Source of the DNA: Eledone cirrhosa
Lineage: Eukaryota
Length of the DNA: 64,000 nt
Direction of reading: 5' to 3'
Assembly: GCA_964016885.1 (NCBI GenBank)
Contig: OZ024744.1
Span: 104,036,001 to 104,100,000 of the forward strand
A model generated the notes under the pieces. It searched no databases, was not told the origin of the DNA, and saw nothing but the letters and a program-made list of their open reading frames with translations. Of this stretch, positions 1 to 13,700 are shown piece after piece; within the stretch, counting starts at the first letter, position 1; the number at the start of each line of letters is the position of its first letter. A program made the position numbers and the translations under genes.

Positions 1-1511
1 GTCCAGCTATACTAGTGTCATGTCCACCTATACTACTGTCATGTCCAGCTGTACTAGTGTCATGTCCACCTGTACTAGTGTCATGTCCAGCTATAACTAG
101 TGTCATGTCCAGCTATACTAGTGTCATGTTCAGCTATACCAGTGTCATGTCCACCTATACTAGTGTCATGTCCAGCTATACTATTGTCATGTCCACCTAT
201 ACTAGAGCCATGTCCACCTATACTAGTGTCATGTCCAGCTATACTAGTGTCATGTCCAGCTATACTAGTGTCATGTCCAGCTATACTAGTGTCATGTCCA
301 CCTATACTAGTGTCATGTCCAGCTATACTAGTGTCATGTCCAGCTATACTATTGTCATGTCCACCTATACTAGAGCCATGTCCACCTATACTAGTGTCAT
401 GTCCAGCTATACTAGTGTCATGTCCAGCTATACTAGTGTCATGTCCAGCTATACTAGTGTCATGTCCACCTATACTAGTGTCATGTCCAGCTATACTAGT
501 GTCATGTCCACCTATACTAGTGTCATGTCCACCTATACTAGTGTCATGTCCACCTATACTAGTGTCATGTCCACCTATAGTAGTGTCATGTCCACCTATA
601 CTAGTGTCATGTCCACCTATACTAGTGTCATGTCCAGCTATACTAGTGTCATGTCCACCTATAGTAGTGTCATGTCCACCTATACTAGTGTCATGTCCAG
701 CTATACTAGTGTCATGTCCAGCTGTACTAGTGTCATGTCTACCTATACTAGTGTCATGTCCACCTGTACTAGTGTCATGTCCAGCTATAGTAGTGTCATG
801 TCCAGCTGTACTAGTGTCATGTCGAGCTATACTAGTGTCATGTCCACCTATACTAGTGTCATGTCCAGCTATAACTAGTGTCATGTCCACCTATAGTAGT
901 GTCATGTCCAGCTGTATTAGTGCCATGTCCACCTATACTAGTGTCATGTCCAGCTATAACTAGTGTCATGTCCACCTATAGTAGTGTCATGTCCAGCTGT
1001 ATTAGTGCCATGTCCACCTATACTAGTGTCATGTCCAGCTATACTAGTGTCATGTCCAGTTGTATTAGTGTCATCTCTACCTATACTAGTGTCATGTCCA
1101 CCTATACTAGTGTCATGTCCAGCTATACTAGTGTCATGTCCAGTTATACTAGTGTCATGTCCAGCTATACTAGTGTCATGTCCACCTATACTAGTGTCAT
1201 GTCCAGCTATACTAGTGTCATGTCCACCTATACTAGTGTCATGTCCAGCTATACTAGTGTCATGTCCACCTATACTAGTGTCATGTCCAGCTATACTAGT
1301 GTCATGTCCACCTATACTATTGTCATGTCCACCTATACTAGTGTCATGTCCAGCTATACTAGTGTCATGTCCAGCTATAGTAGTGTCATGTCCAGCTATA
1401 CTAGTGTCATGTCCACCTATACTAGTGTCATGTCCAGCTATACTAGTGTCATGTCCACCTATACTAGTGTCATGTCCACCTATAGTAGTGTCATGTCCAG
1501 CTATACTAGTG

Positions 1512-4500
1512 TCATGTCCAGCTATACTAGTGTCATGTCCAGCTATACCAGTGTCATGTCCACCTATACTAGTGTCAAGGTCCAGCTATACTAGTGTCAT
1601 GTCCACCTATACTATTGTCATGTCCACCTATACTAGTGTCATGTCCACCTATACTAGTGTCATGTCCAGCTATAGTAGTGTCATGTCCAGCTATACTAGT
1701 GTCATGTCCACCTATACTAGTGTCATGTCCAGCTATACTAGTGTCATGTCCACCTATACTAGTGTCATGTCCACCTATAGTAGTGTCATGTCCAGCTATA
1801 CTAGTGTCATGTCCAGCTATACTAGTGTCATGTCCAGCTATACCAGTGTCATGTCCACCTATACTAGTGTCATGTCCAGCTATACTAGTGTCATGTCCAC
1901 CTATACTAGTGTCATGTCCACCTATAGTAGTGTCATGTCCAGCTATACTAGTGTCATGTCCAGCTATACTAGTGTCATGTCCAGCTATACTACTGTCATG
2001 TCCACCTATACTAGTGTCATGTCCAGCTATACTAGTGTCATGTCCACCTATACTATTGTCATGTCCACCTATACTATTGTCATGTCCAGCTATACTATTG
2101 TCATGTCCAGCTATACTAGTGTCATGTCCACCTATACTACTGTCATGTCCAGCAATACTATTGTCATGTCCAGCTATACTAGTGTCATGTCCACCTATAC
2201 TAGTGTCATGTCCAGCTATACTAGTGTCATGTCCACCTATACTATTGTCATGTCCACCTATACTATTGTCATGTCCAGCTATACTATTGTCATGTCCAGC
2301 TATACTAGTGTCATGTCCACCTATACTACTGTCATGTCCACCTATACTATTGTCATGTCCAGCTATACTAGTGTCATGTCCACCTATACTAGTGTCATGT
2401 CCAGCTATACTAGTGTCATGTCCACCTATACTATTGTCATGTCCACCTATACTATTGTCATGTCCAGCTATACTATTGTCATGTCCAGCTATACTAGTGT
2501 CATGTCCACCTATACTAGTGTCATGTCCACCTATACTAGTGTCATGTCCACCTGTACTAGTGTCATGTCCAGCTATACTAGTGTCATGTCCAGCTATACT
2601 AGTGTCATGTCCAGCTATACTAGTGTCATGTCCACCTATACTAGTGTCATGTCCAGCTATACTAATGTCATGTCCACCTATACTATTGTCATGTCCAGCT
2701 ATACTAGTGTCATGTCCACCAATACTAGTGTCATGTCCAGCTATACTAGTGTCATGTCCACCTATACTATTGTCATGTCCAGCTATAACTAGTGTCATGT
2801 CCACCTATACTAGTGTCATGTCCACCTATACTAGTGTCATGTCCAGCTATACTAGTGTCATGTCCAGCTATACTACTGTCATGTCCAGCTATAACTAGTG
2901 TCATGTCCACCTATACTAGTGTCATGTCCATCTATACTATTGTCATGTCCAGCTATACTAGTGTCATGTCCAGCTATACTAGTGTCATGTCCAGCTATAC
3001 TATGGTCATGTCCACCTATACTAGTGTCATGTCCAGCTATACTAGTGTCATGTCCAGCTATAACTAGTGTCATGTCCACCTATACTATTGTCATGTCCAC
3101 CTATACTATTGTCATGTCCAGCTATAGTAGTGTCATGTCCACCTATACTAGTGTCATGTCCACCTATACTAGTGTCATGTCCAGCTATACTAGTGTCATG
3201 TCCACCTATACTAGTGTCATGTCCAGCTATACTAGTGTCATGTCCAGCTATACTAGTGTCATGTCCACCTATACTAGTGTCATGTCCAGCTATACTAGTG
3301 TCATGTCCAACTATAGTAGTGTCATGTCCAGCTATACTAGTGTCATGTCCATCTATACTATTGTCATGTCCATCTATACTATTGTCATGTCCAGCTATAC
3401 TAGTGTCATGTCCAGCTATACTAGTGTCATGTCCAGCTATACTATGGTCATGTCCACCTATACTAGTGTCATGTCCAGCTATACTAGTGTCATGTCCAGC
3501 TATACTAGTGTCATGTCCAGCTATACTATGGTCATGTCCACCTATACTAGTGTCATGTCCAGCTATACTAGTGTCATGTCCAGCTATAACTAGTGTCATG
3601 TCCACCTATACTATTGTCATGTCCACCTATACTAGTGTCATGTCCACCTATAGTAGTGTCATGTCCAGCTATACTAGTGTCATGTCCACCTATACTAGTG
3701 TCATGTCCAGCTATACTAGTGTCATGTCCAGCTATAGTAGTGTCATGTCCAACTATAGTAGTGTCATGTCCAGCTATACTAGTGTCATGTCCAGCTATAC
3801 TAGTGTCATGTCCAGCTGTACTAGTGTCATGTCCAGCTATAGTAGTGTCATGTCCACCTATACTAGTGTCATGTCCACCTATACTAGTGTCATGTCCAGC
3901 TATACTAGTGTCATGTCCACCTATACTAGTGTCATGTCCATCTATACTAGTGTCATGTCCAGCTATACTAGTGTCATGTCCAGCTATACTAGTGTCATGT
4001 CCAGCTATACTAGTGTCATGTCCACCTATAGTAGTGTCATGTCCAGCTATAACTAGTGTCATGTCCACCTATACTAGTGTCATGTCCAGCTATACTAGTG
4101 TCATGTCCACCTATAGTAGTGTCATGTCCACCTATACTAGTGTCATGTCCAGCTGTACTAGTGTAATGTCCAGCTATACTAGTGTCATGTCCAGCTATAG
4201 TAGTGTCATGTCCAGCTATACTAGTGTCATGTCCAGCTGTACTAGTGTCATGTCCAGCTATAGTAGTGTCATGTCCACCTATACTAGTGTCATGTCCACC
4301 TATAGTAGTGTCATGTCCAGCTATAACTAGTGTCATGTCCACCTATACTAGTGTCATGTCCAGCTATACCAGTGTCATGTCCACCTATACTAGTGTCATG
4401 TCCACCTATACTAGTGTCATGTCCAGCTGTACTAGTGTCATGTCCAGCTATACTAGTGTCATGTCCACCTATACTAGTGTCATGTCCAGCTATACTAGTG

Positions 4501-7500
4501 TCATGTCCAGCTATACTAGTGTCATGTCCAGCTGTACTAGTGTCATGTCCAGCTATAGTAGTGTCATGTCCACCTATACTAGAGCCATGTCCAGCTATAC
4601 TAGTGTCATGTCCAGCTATACCAGTGTCATGTCCACCTATACTAGTGTCAAGGTCCAGCTATACTAGTGTCATGTCCACCTATACTATTGTCATGTCCAC
4701 CTATACTAGTGTCATGTCCACCTATACTAGTGTCATGTCCAGCTATAGTAGTGTCATGTCCAGCTATACTAGTGTCATGTCCACCTATACTAGTGTCATG
4801 TCCAGCTATACTAGTGTCATGTCCACCTATACTAGTGTCATGTCCACCTATAGTAGTGTCATGTCCAGCTATACTAGTGTCATGTCCAGCTATACTAGTG
4901 TCATGTCCAGCTATACCAGTGTCATGTCCACCTATACTAGTGTCATGTCCAGCTATACTAGTGTCATGTCCACCTATACTAGTGTCATGTCCACCTATAG
5001 TAGTGTCATGTCCAGCTATACTAGTGTCATGTCCAGCTATACTAGTGTCATGTCCAGCTATACTACTGTCATGTCCACCTATACTAGTGTCATGTCCAGC
5101 TATACTAGTGTCATGTCCACCTATACTATTGTCATGTCCACCTATACTATTGTCATGTCCAGCTATACTATTGTCATGTCCAGCTATACTAGTGTCATGT
5201 CCACCTATACTACTGTCATGTCCAGCAATACTATTGTCATGTCCAGCTATACTAGTGTCATGTCCACCTATACTAGTGTCATGTCCAGCTATACTAGTGT
5301 CATGTCCACCTATACTATTGTCATGTCCACCTATACTATTGTCATGTCCAGCTATACTATTGTCATGTCCAGCTATACTAGTGTCATGTCCACCTATACT
5401 ACTGTCATGTCCACCTATACTATTGTCATGTCCAGCTATACTAGTGTCATGTCCACCTATACTAGTGTCATGTCCAGCTATACTAGTGTCATGTCCACCT
5501 ATACTATTGTCATGTCCACCTATACTATTGTCATGTCCAGCTATACTATTGTCATGTCCAGCTATACTAGTGTCATGTCCACCTATACTAGTGTCATGTC
5601 CACCTATACTAGTGTCATGTCCACCTGTACTAGTGTCATGTCCAGCTATACTAGTGTCATGTCCAGCTATACTAGTGTCATGTCCAGCTATACTAGTGTC
5701 ATCTCCACCTATACTAGTGTCATGTCCAGCTATACTAATGTCATGTCCACCTATACTATTGTCATGTCCAGCTATACTAGTGTCATGTCCACCAATACTA
5801 GTGTCATGTCCAGCTATACTAGTGTCATGTCCACCTATACTATTGTCATGTCCAGCTATAACTAGTGTCATGTCCACCTATACTAGTGTCATGTCCACCT
5901 ATACTAGTGTCATGTCCAGCTATACTAGTGTCATGTCCAGCTATACTACTGTCATGTCCAGCTATAACTAGTGTCATGTCCACCTATACTAGTGTCATGT
6001 CCATCTATACTATTGTCATGTCCAGCTATACTAGTGTCATGTCCAGCTATACTAGTGTCATGTCCAGCTATACTATGGTCATGTCCACCTATACTAGTGT
6101 CATGTCCAGCTATACTAGTGTCATGTCCAGCTATAACTAGTGTCATGTCCACCTATACTATTGTCATGTCCACCTATACTATTGTCATGTCCAGCTATAG
6201 TAGTGTCATGTCCACCTATACTAGTGTCATGTCCACCTATACTAGTGTCATGTCCAGCTATACTAGTGTCATGTCCACCTATACTAGTGTCATGTCCAGC
6301 TATACTAGTGTCATGTCCAGCTATACTAGTGTCATGTCCACCTATACTAGTGTCATGTCCAGCTATACTAGTGTCATGTCCAACTATAGTAGTGTCATGT
6401 CCAGCTATACTAGTGTCATGTCCATCTATACTATTGTCATGTCCATCTATACTATTGTCATGTCCAGCTATACTAGTGTCATGTCCAGCTATACTAGTGT
6501 CATGTCCAGCTATACTATGGTCATGTCCACCTATACTAGTGTCATGTCCAGCTATACTAGTGTCATGTCCAGCTATACTAGTGTCATGTCCAGCTATACT
6601 ATGGTCATGTCCACCTATACTAGTGTCATGTCCAGCTATACTAGTGTCATGTCCAGCTATAACTAGTGTCATGTCCACCTATACTATTGTCATGTCCACC
6701 TATACTAGTGTCATGTCCACCTATAGTAGTGTCATGTCCAGCTATACTAGTGTCATGTCCACCTATACTAGTGTCATGTCCAGCTATACTAGTGTCATGT
6801 CCAGCTATAGTAGTGTCATGTCCAACTATAGTAGTGTCATGTCCAGCTATACTAGTGTCATGTCCAGCTATACTAGTGTCATGTCCAGCTGTACTAGTGT
6901 CATGTCCAGCTATAGTAGTGTCATGTCCACCTATACTAGTGTCATGTCCACCTATACTAGTGTCATGTCCAGCTATACTAGTGTCATGTCCACCTATACT
7001 AGTGTCATGTCCATCTATACTAGTGTCATGTCCAGCTATACTAGTGTCATGTCCAGCTATACTAGTGTCATGTCCAGCTATACTAGTGTCATGTCCACCT
7101 ATAGTAGTGTCATGTCCAGCTATAACTAGTGTCATGTCCACCTATACTAGTGTCATGTCCAGCTATACTAGTGTCATGTCCACCTATAGTAGTGTCATGT
7201 CCACCTATACTAGTGTCATGTCCAGCTGTACTAGTGTAATGTCCAGCTATACTAGTGTCATGTCCAGCTATAGTAGTGTCATGTCCAGCTATACTAGTGT
7301 CATGTCCAGCTGTACTAGTGTCATGTCCAGCTATAGTAGTGTCATGTCCACCTATACTAGTGTCATGTCCACCTATAGTAGTGTCATGTCCAGCTATAAC
7401 TAGTGTCATGTCCACCTATACTAGTGTCATGTCCAGCTATACCAGTGTCATGTCCACCTATACTAGTGTCATGTCCACCTATACTAGTGTCATGTCCAGC

Positions 7501-7690
7501 TGTACTAGTGTCATGTCCAGCTATACTAGTGTCATGTCCACCTATACTAGTGTCATGTCCAGCTATACTAGTGTCATGTCCAGCTATACTAGTGTCATGT
7601 CCAGCTGTACTAGTGTCATGTCCAGCTATAGTAGTGTCATGTCCACCTATACTAGAGCCATGTCCAGCTATACTAGTGTCATGTCCAGCT
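1512..7690. repeat. Higher-order tandem duplication, period 3073 bp (2 copies)
   Basis: Rare marker monomers and ORF boundaries recur at +3073 (GTGTCAAGGTCC at ~1576/~4649; ORFs 1575/4648, 2879/5952, 4037/7110). One difference seen: 2630 G vs 5703 C. Ends are approximate. Confidence 0.9.
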
Positions 7691-7799
7691 ATACTAGTGT
7701 CATGTCCACCTATACTAGAGCCATGTCCACCTATACTAGTGTCATGTCCAGCTATACTAGTGTCATGTCCACCTATACTAGTGTCATGTCCACCTATAC

Positions 7800-10700
7800 T
7801 AGTGTCATGTCCAGCTATACTAGTGTCATGTCCACCTATACTAGTGTCATGTCCACCTATACTAGTGTCATGTCCAGCTATACTAGTGTCATGTCCAGCT
7901 ATAGTAGTGTCATGTCCACCTATAGTAGTGTCATGTCCAGCTATACTAGTGTCATGTCCACCTATACTAGTGTCATGTCCAGCTATACCAGTGTCACGTC
8001 CACCTATACTAGTGTCATGTCCACCTATACCAGTGTCATGTCCAGCTATACTAGTGTCATGTCCACCTATACTAGTGTCATGTCCAGCTATACTAGTGTC
8101 ATGTCCACCTATACTAGTGTCATGTCCACCTATACTAGTGTCATGTCCAGCTATACTAGTGTCATGTCCAGCTGTACTAGTGTCATGTCCAGCTATACTA
8201 CTGTCATGTCCACCTATACTACTGTCATGTCCAGCTGTACTAGTGTCATGTCCACCTATACTAGTGTCATATCCAGCTATAACTAGTGTCATGTCCAGCT
8301 ATACTAGTGTCATGTCCAGCTATACTATTGTCATGTCCACCTATACTAGAGCCATGTCCACCTATACTAGTGTCATGTCCAGCTATACTAGTGTCATGTC
8401 CAGCTATACTAGTGTCATGTCCAGCTATACTAGTGTCATGTCCACCTATACTAGTGACATGTCCAGCTATACTAGTGTCATGTCCAGCTATACTAGTGTC
8501 ATGTCCACCTATAGTAGTGTCATGTCCAGCTATACTAGTGTCATCTCTACCTATACTAGTGTCATGTCCAGCTATGCTAGTGTCATCTCTACCTATACTA
8601 GTGTCATGTCCAGCTATACTAGTGTCATGTCCACCTATACTACTGTCATGTCCACCTATACTATTGTCATGTCCAGCTATACTAGTGTCATGTCCACCTA
8701 TACTAGTGTCATGTCCAGCTATACTAGTGTCATGTCCACCTATACTATTATCATGTCCACCTATACTATTGTCATGTCCAGCTATACTATTGTCATGTCC
8801 AGCTATAGTAGTGTCATGTCCACCTACACTAGTGTCATGTCCACCTATACTAGTGTCATGTCCAGCTATACTAGTGTCATGTCCAGCTATACTACTGTCA
8901 TGTCCAGCTATAACTAGTGTCATGTCCACCTATGCTAGTGTCATGTCCACCTATACTATTGTCATGTCCAGCTATACTAGTGTCATGTCCAGCTATACTA
9001 GTGTCATGTCCAGCTATACTACTGTCATGTCCACCTATACTAGTGTCATGTCCAGCTATACTAGTGTCATGTCCAGCTATAACTAGTGTCATGTCCACCT
9101 ATACTATTGTCATGTCCACCTATACTATTGTCATGTCCAGCTATAGTAGTGTCATGTCCACCTATACTAGTGTCATGTCCACCTATACTAGTGTCATGTC
9201 CAGCTATACTAGTGTCATGTCCAGCTATACTAGTGTCATGTCCAGCTATACTAGTGTCATGTCCACCTATACTAGTGTCATGTCCACCTATACTAGTGTC
9301 ATGTCCAGCTATACTACTGTCATGTCCACCTATACTAGTGTCATGTCCAGCTATACTAGTGTCATGTCCAGCTATACTACTGTCATGTCCAGCTATACTA
9401 GTGTCATGTCCACCTATACTATTGTCATGTCCACCTATACTATTGTCATGTCCAGCTATACTAGTGTCATGTCCAGCTATACTAGTGTCATGTCCAGCTA
9501 TAACTAGTGTCATGTCCACCTATACTAGTGTCATGTCCAGCTATACTAGTGTCATGTCCACCTATACTAGTGTCATGTCCACCTATACTAGTGTCATGTC
9601 CAGCTATACTACTGTCATGTCCACCTATACTAGTGTCATGTCCAGCTATACTAGTGTCATGTCCAGCTATACTACTGTCATGTCCAGCTATACTAGTGTC
9701 ATGTCCACCTATACTATTGTCATGTCCACCTATACTATTGTCATGTCCAGCTATACTAGTGTCATGTCCAGCTATACTAGTGTCATGTCCAGCTATAACT
9801 AGTGTCATGTCCACCTATACTAGTGTCATGTCCAGCTATACTAGTGTCATGTCCACCTATACTAGTGTCATGTCTAGCTATACTTCTGTCATGTCCACCT
9901 ATACTAGTGTCATGTCCAATTATACTAGTGTCATGTCCACCTATACTAGTGTCATGTCCAGCTATACTAGTGTCATGTCCACCTATACTAGTGTCATGTC
10001 CAGCTATACTAGTTTCATGTCCAGCTATAGTAGTGTCATGTCCAACTATAGTAGTGTCATGTCCAGCTATACTAGTGTCATGTCCAGCTATACTAGTGTC
10101 ATGTCCACCTATAGTAGTGTCATGTCCAGCTATACTATTGTCATGTCCACCTATACTATTGTCATGTCCAGCTATACTATTGTCATGTCCAGCTATACTA
10201 GTGTCATGTCCACCTATACTACTGTCATGTCCACCTATACTATTGTCATGTCCAGCTATACTAGTGTCATGTCCACCTATACTAGTGTCATGTCCAGCTA
10301 TACTAGTGTCATGTCCACCTATACTATTGTCATGTCCACCTATACTATTGTCATGTCCAGCTATACTATTGTCATGTCTAGCTATACTAGTGTCATGTCC
10401 AGCTATACTAGTGTCATGTCCAGCTATACTAGTGTCATGTCCACCTATACTATTGTCATGTCTAGCTATACTAGTGTCATGTCCACCTATACTACTGTCA
10501 TGTCCACCTATACTAGTGTCATGTCCAGCTATACTAGTGTCATGTCCACCAATACTAGTGTCATGTCCAGCTATACTAGTGTCATGTCCACCTATACTAT
10601 TGTCATGTCCACCTATAGTAGTGTCATGTCCAGCTATACTAGTGTCATGTCCAGCTATACTAGTGTCATGTCCACCTATACTACTGTCATGTCCACCTAT

Positions 10701-13700
10701 ACTAGTGTCATGTCCAGCTATACTAGTGTCATGTCCAGCTATACTACTGTCATGTCCAGCTATAACTAGTGTCATGTCCACCTATACTAGTGTCATGTCC
10801 ACCTATACTATTGTCATGTCCAGCTATACTAGTGTCATGTCCAGCTATACTAGTGTCATGTCCAGCTATACTACTGTCATGTCCACCTATACTAGTGTCA
10901 TGTCCAGCTATACTAGTGTCATGTCCAGCTATAACTAGTGTCATGTCCACCTATACTATTGTCATGTCCACCTATACTATTGTCATGTCCAGCTATAGTA
11001 GTGTCATGTCCACCTATACTAGTGTCATGTCCACCTATACTAGTGTCATGTCCAGCTATACTAGTGTCATGTCCACCTATACTAGTGTCATGTCCAGCTA
11101 TACTAGTGTCATGTCCAGCTATACTAGTGTCATGTCCACCTATACTAGTGTCATGTCCAGCTATACTAGTGTCATGTCCACCTATACTAGTGTCATGTCC
11201 ACCTATAGTAGTGTCATGTCCAGCTATACTAGTGTCATGTCCACCTATACTAGTGTCATGTCCAGCTATACTAGTTTCATGTCCAGCTATAGTAGTGTCA
11301 TGTCCAACTATAGTAGTGTCATGTCCAGCTATACTAGTGTCATGTCCAGCTATACTAGTGTCATGTCCACCTATAGTAGTGTCATGTCCAGCTATACTAG
11401 TGTCATGTCCACCTATAGTAGTGTCATGTCCAGCTATACTAGTGTCATGTCCAGCTATACTAGTGTCATGTCCAGCTATAGTAGTGTCATGTCCAGCTAT
11501 ACTAGTGTCATGTCCAGCTGTACTAGTGTCATGTCCAGCTATAGTAGTGTCATGTCCACCTATACTAGTGTCATGTCCACCTATAGTAGTGTCATGTCCA
11601 GCTATAACTAGTCTCATGTCCACCTATACTAGTGTCATGTCCAGCTATACCAGTGTCATGTCCACCTATACTAGTGTCACGTCCAGCTATACTAGTGTCA
11701 TGTCCAGCTGTACTAGTGTCATGTCCAGCTGTACTAGTGTCATGTCCAGCTATAGTAGTGTCATGTCCACCTATACTAGTGTCATGTCCACCTATAGTAG
11801 TGTCATGTCCAGCTATAACTAGTCTCATGTCCACCTATACTAGTGTCATGTCCAGCTATACCAGTGTCATGTCCACCTATACTAGTGTCACGTCCAGCTA
11901 TACTAGCGTCATGTCCACCTATACTAGTGTCATGTCCAGTTATACTAGTGTCATGTCCAGCTATAGTAGTGTCATGTCCACCTATACTAGTGTCATGTCC
12001 ACCTATAGTAGTGTCATGTCCAGCTATACAGTGTCATGTCCAGCTATACTAGTGTCATGTCCAGCTATACTAGTGTCATGTCCAGCTATACTAGTGTCAT
12101 GTCCAGCTGTACTAGTGTCATGTCCAGCTATAGTAGTGTCATGTCCACCTATATTAGAGCCATGTCCAGCTATACTAGTGTCATGTCCAGCTATACTAGT
12201 GTCATGTCCACCTATACTAGAGCCATGTCCACCTATACTAGTGTCATGTCCAGCTATACTAGTGTCATGTCCACCTATACTAGTGTCATGTCCACCTATA
12301 CTAGTGTCATGTCCAGCTATACTAGTGTCATGTCCACCTATACTAGTGTCATGTCCACCTATACTAGTGTCATGTCCAGCTATACTAGTGTCATGTCCAG
12401 CTATAGTAGTGTCATGTCCACCTATAGTAGTGTCATGTCCAGCTATACTAGTGTCATGTCCACCTATACTAGTGTCATGTCCAGCTATACCAGTGTCATG
12501 TCCACCTATACTAGTGTCATGTCCACCTATACCAGTGTCATGTCCAGCTATACTAGTGTCATGTCCACCTATACTAGTGTCATGTCCAGCTATACTAGTG
12601 TCATGTCCACCTATACTAGTGTCATGTCCACCTATACTAGTGTCATGTCCAGCTATACTAGTGTCATGTCCAGCTGTACTAGTGTCATGTCCAGCTATAC
12701 TACTGTCATGTCCACCTATACTAGTGTCATGTCCAGCTATACTAGTGTCATGTCCAGCTATACTACTGTCATGTCCACCTATACTAGTGTCATGTCCAGC
12801 TATACTAGTGTCATGTCCAGCTATAGTAGTGTCATGTCCAGCTGTACTAGTGTCATGTCCACCTATACTAGTGTCATGTCCAGCTATAACTAGTGTCATG
12901 TCCAGCTATACTACTGTCATGTCCACCTATACTAGTGTCATGTCCAGCTATACTAGTGTCATGTCCAGCTATAGTAGTGTCATGTCCAGCTGTACTAGTG
13001 TCATGTCCACCTATACTAGTGTCATGTCCAGCTATACTAGTGTCATGTCCAGCTATACTAGTGTCATGTCCACCTATACTAGAGCCATGTCCACCTATAC
13101 TAGTGTCATGTCCAGCTATACTAGTGTCATGTCCAGCTATACTAGTGTCATGTCCAGCTATACTAGTGTCATGTCCACCTATACTATTGTCATGTCCAGC
13201 TATACTATTGTCATGTCCAGCTATACTAGTGTCATGTCCAGCTATACTAGTGTCATGTCCACCTATACTAGTGTCATGTCCAGCTATACTAGTGTCATGT
13301 CCAGCTATACTAGTGTCATGTCCAGCTATACTAGTGTCATGTCCAGCTATACTAGTGTCATGTCCACCTATACTAGTGTCATGTCCACCTATACTAGTGT
13401 CATATCCACCTATACTAGTGTCATGTCCACCTATAGTAGTGTCATGTCCACCTATACTAGTGTCATGTCAACCTATACCTGTGTCATGTCCAGCTATACT
13501 AGTGTCATGTCCACCTATAGTAGTGTCATGTCCACCTATAGTAGTGTCATGTCCAGCTATACTAGTGTCATGTCCAGCTGTACTAGTGTCATGTCTACCT
13601 ATACTAGTTTCATGTCCACCTATACTAGTGTCATGTCCAGCTATAGTAGTGTCATGTCCAGCTGTACTAGTGTCATGTCCAGCTATACTACTGTCATGTC

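Noticed and set aside
1-42. p53-like CWWG cores and TGTCA (TALE homeodomain) motifs in the monomer
   Set aside because: Flanks and spacing do not fit the RRRCWWGYYY dimer, and such short motifs are expected by chance.
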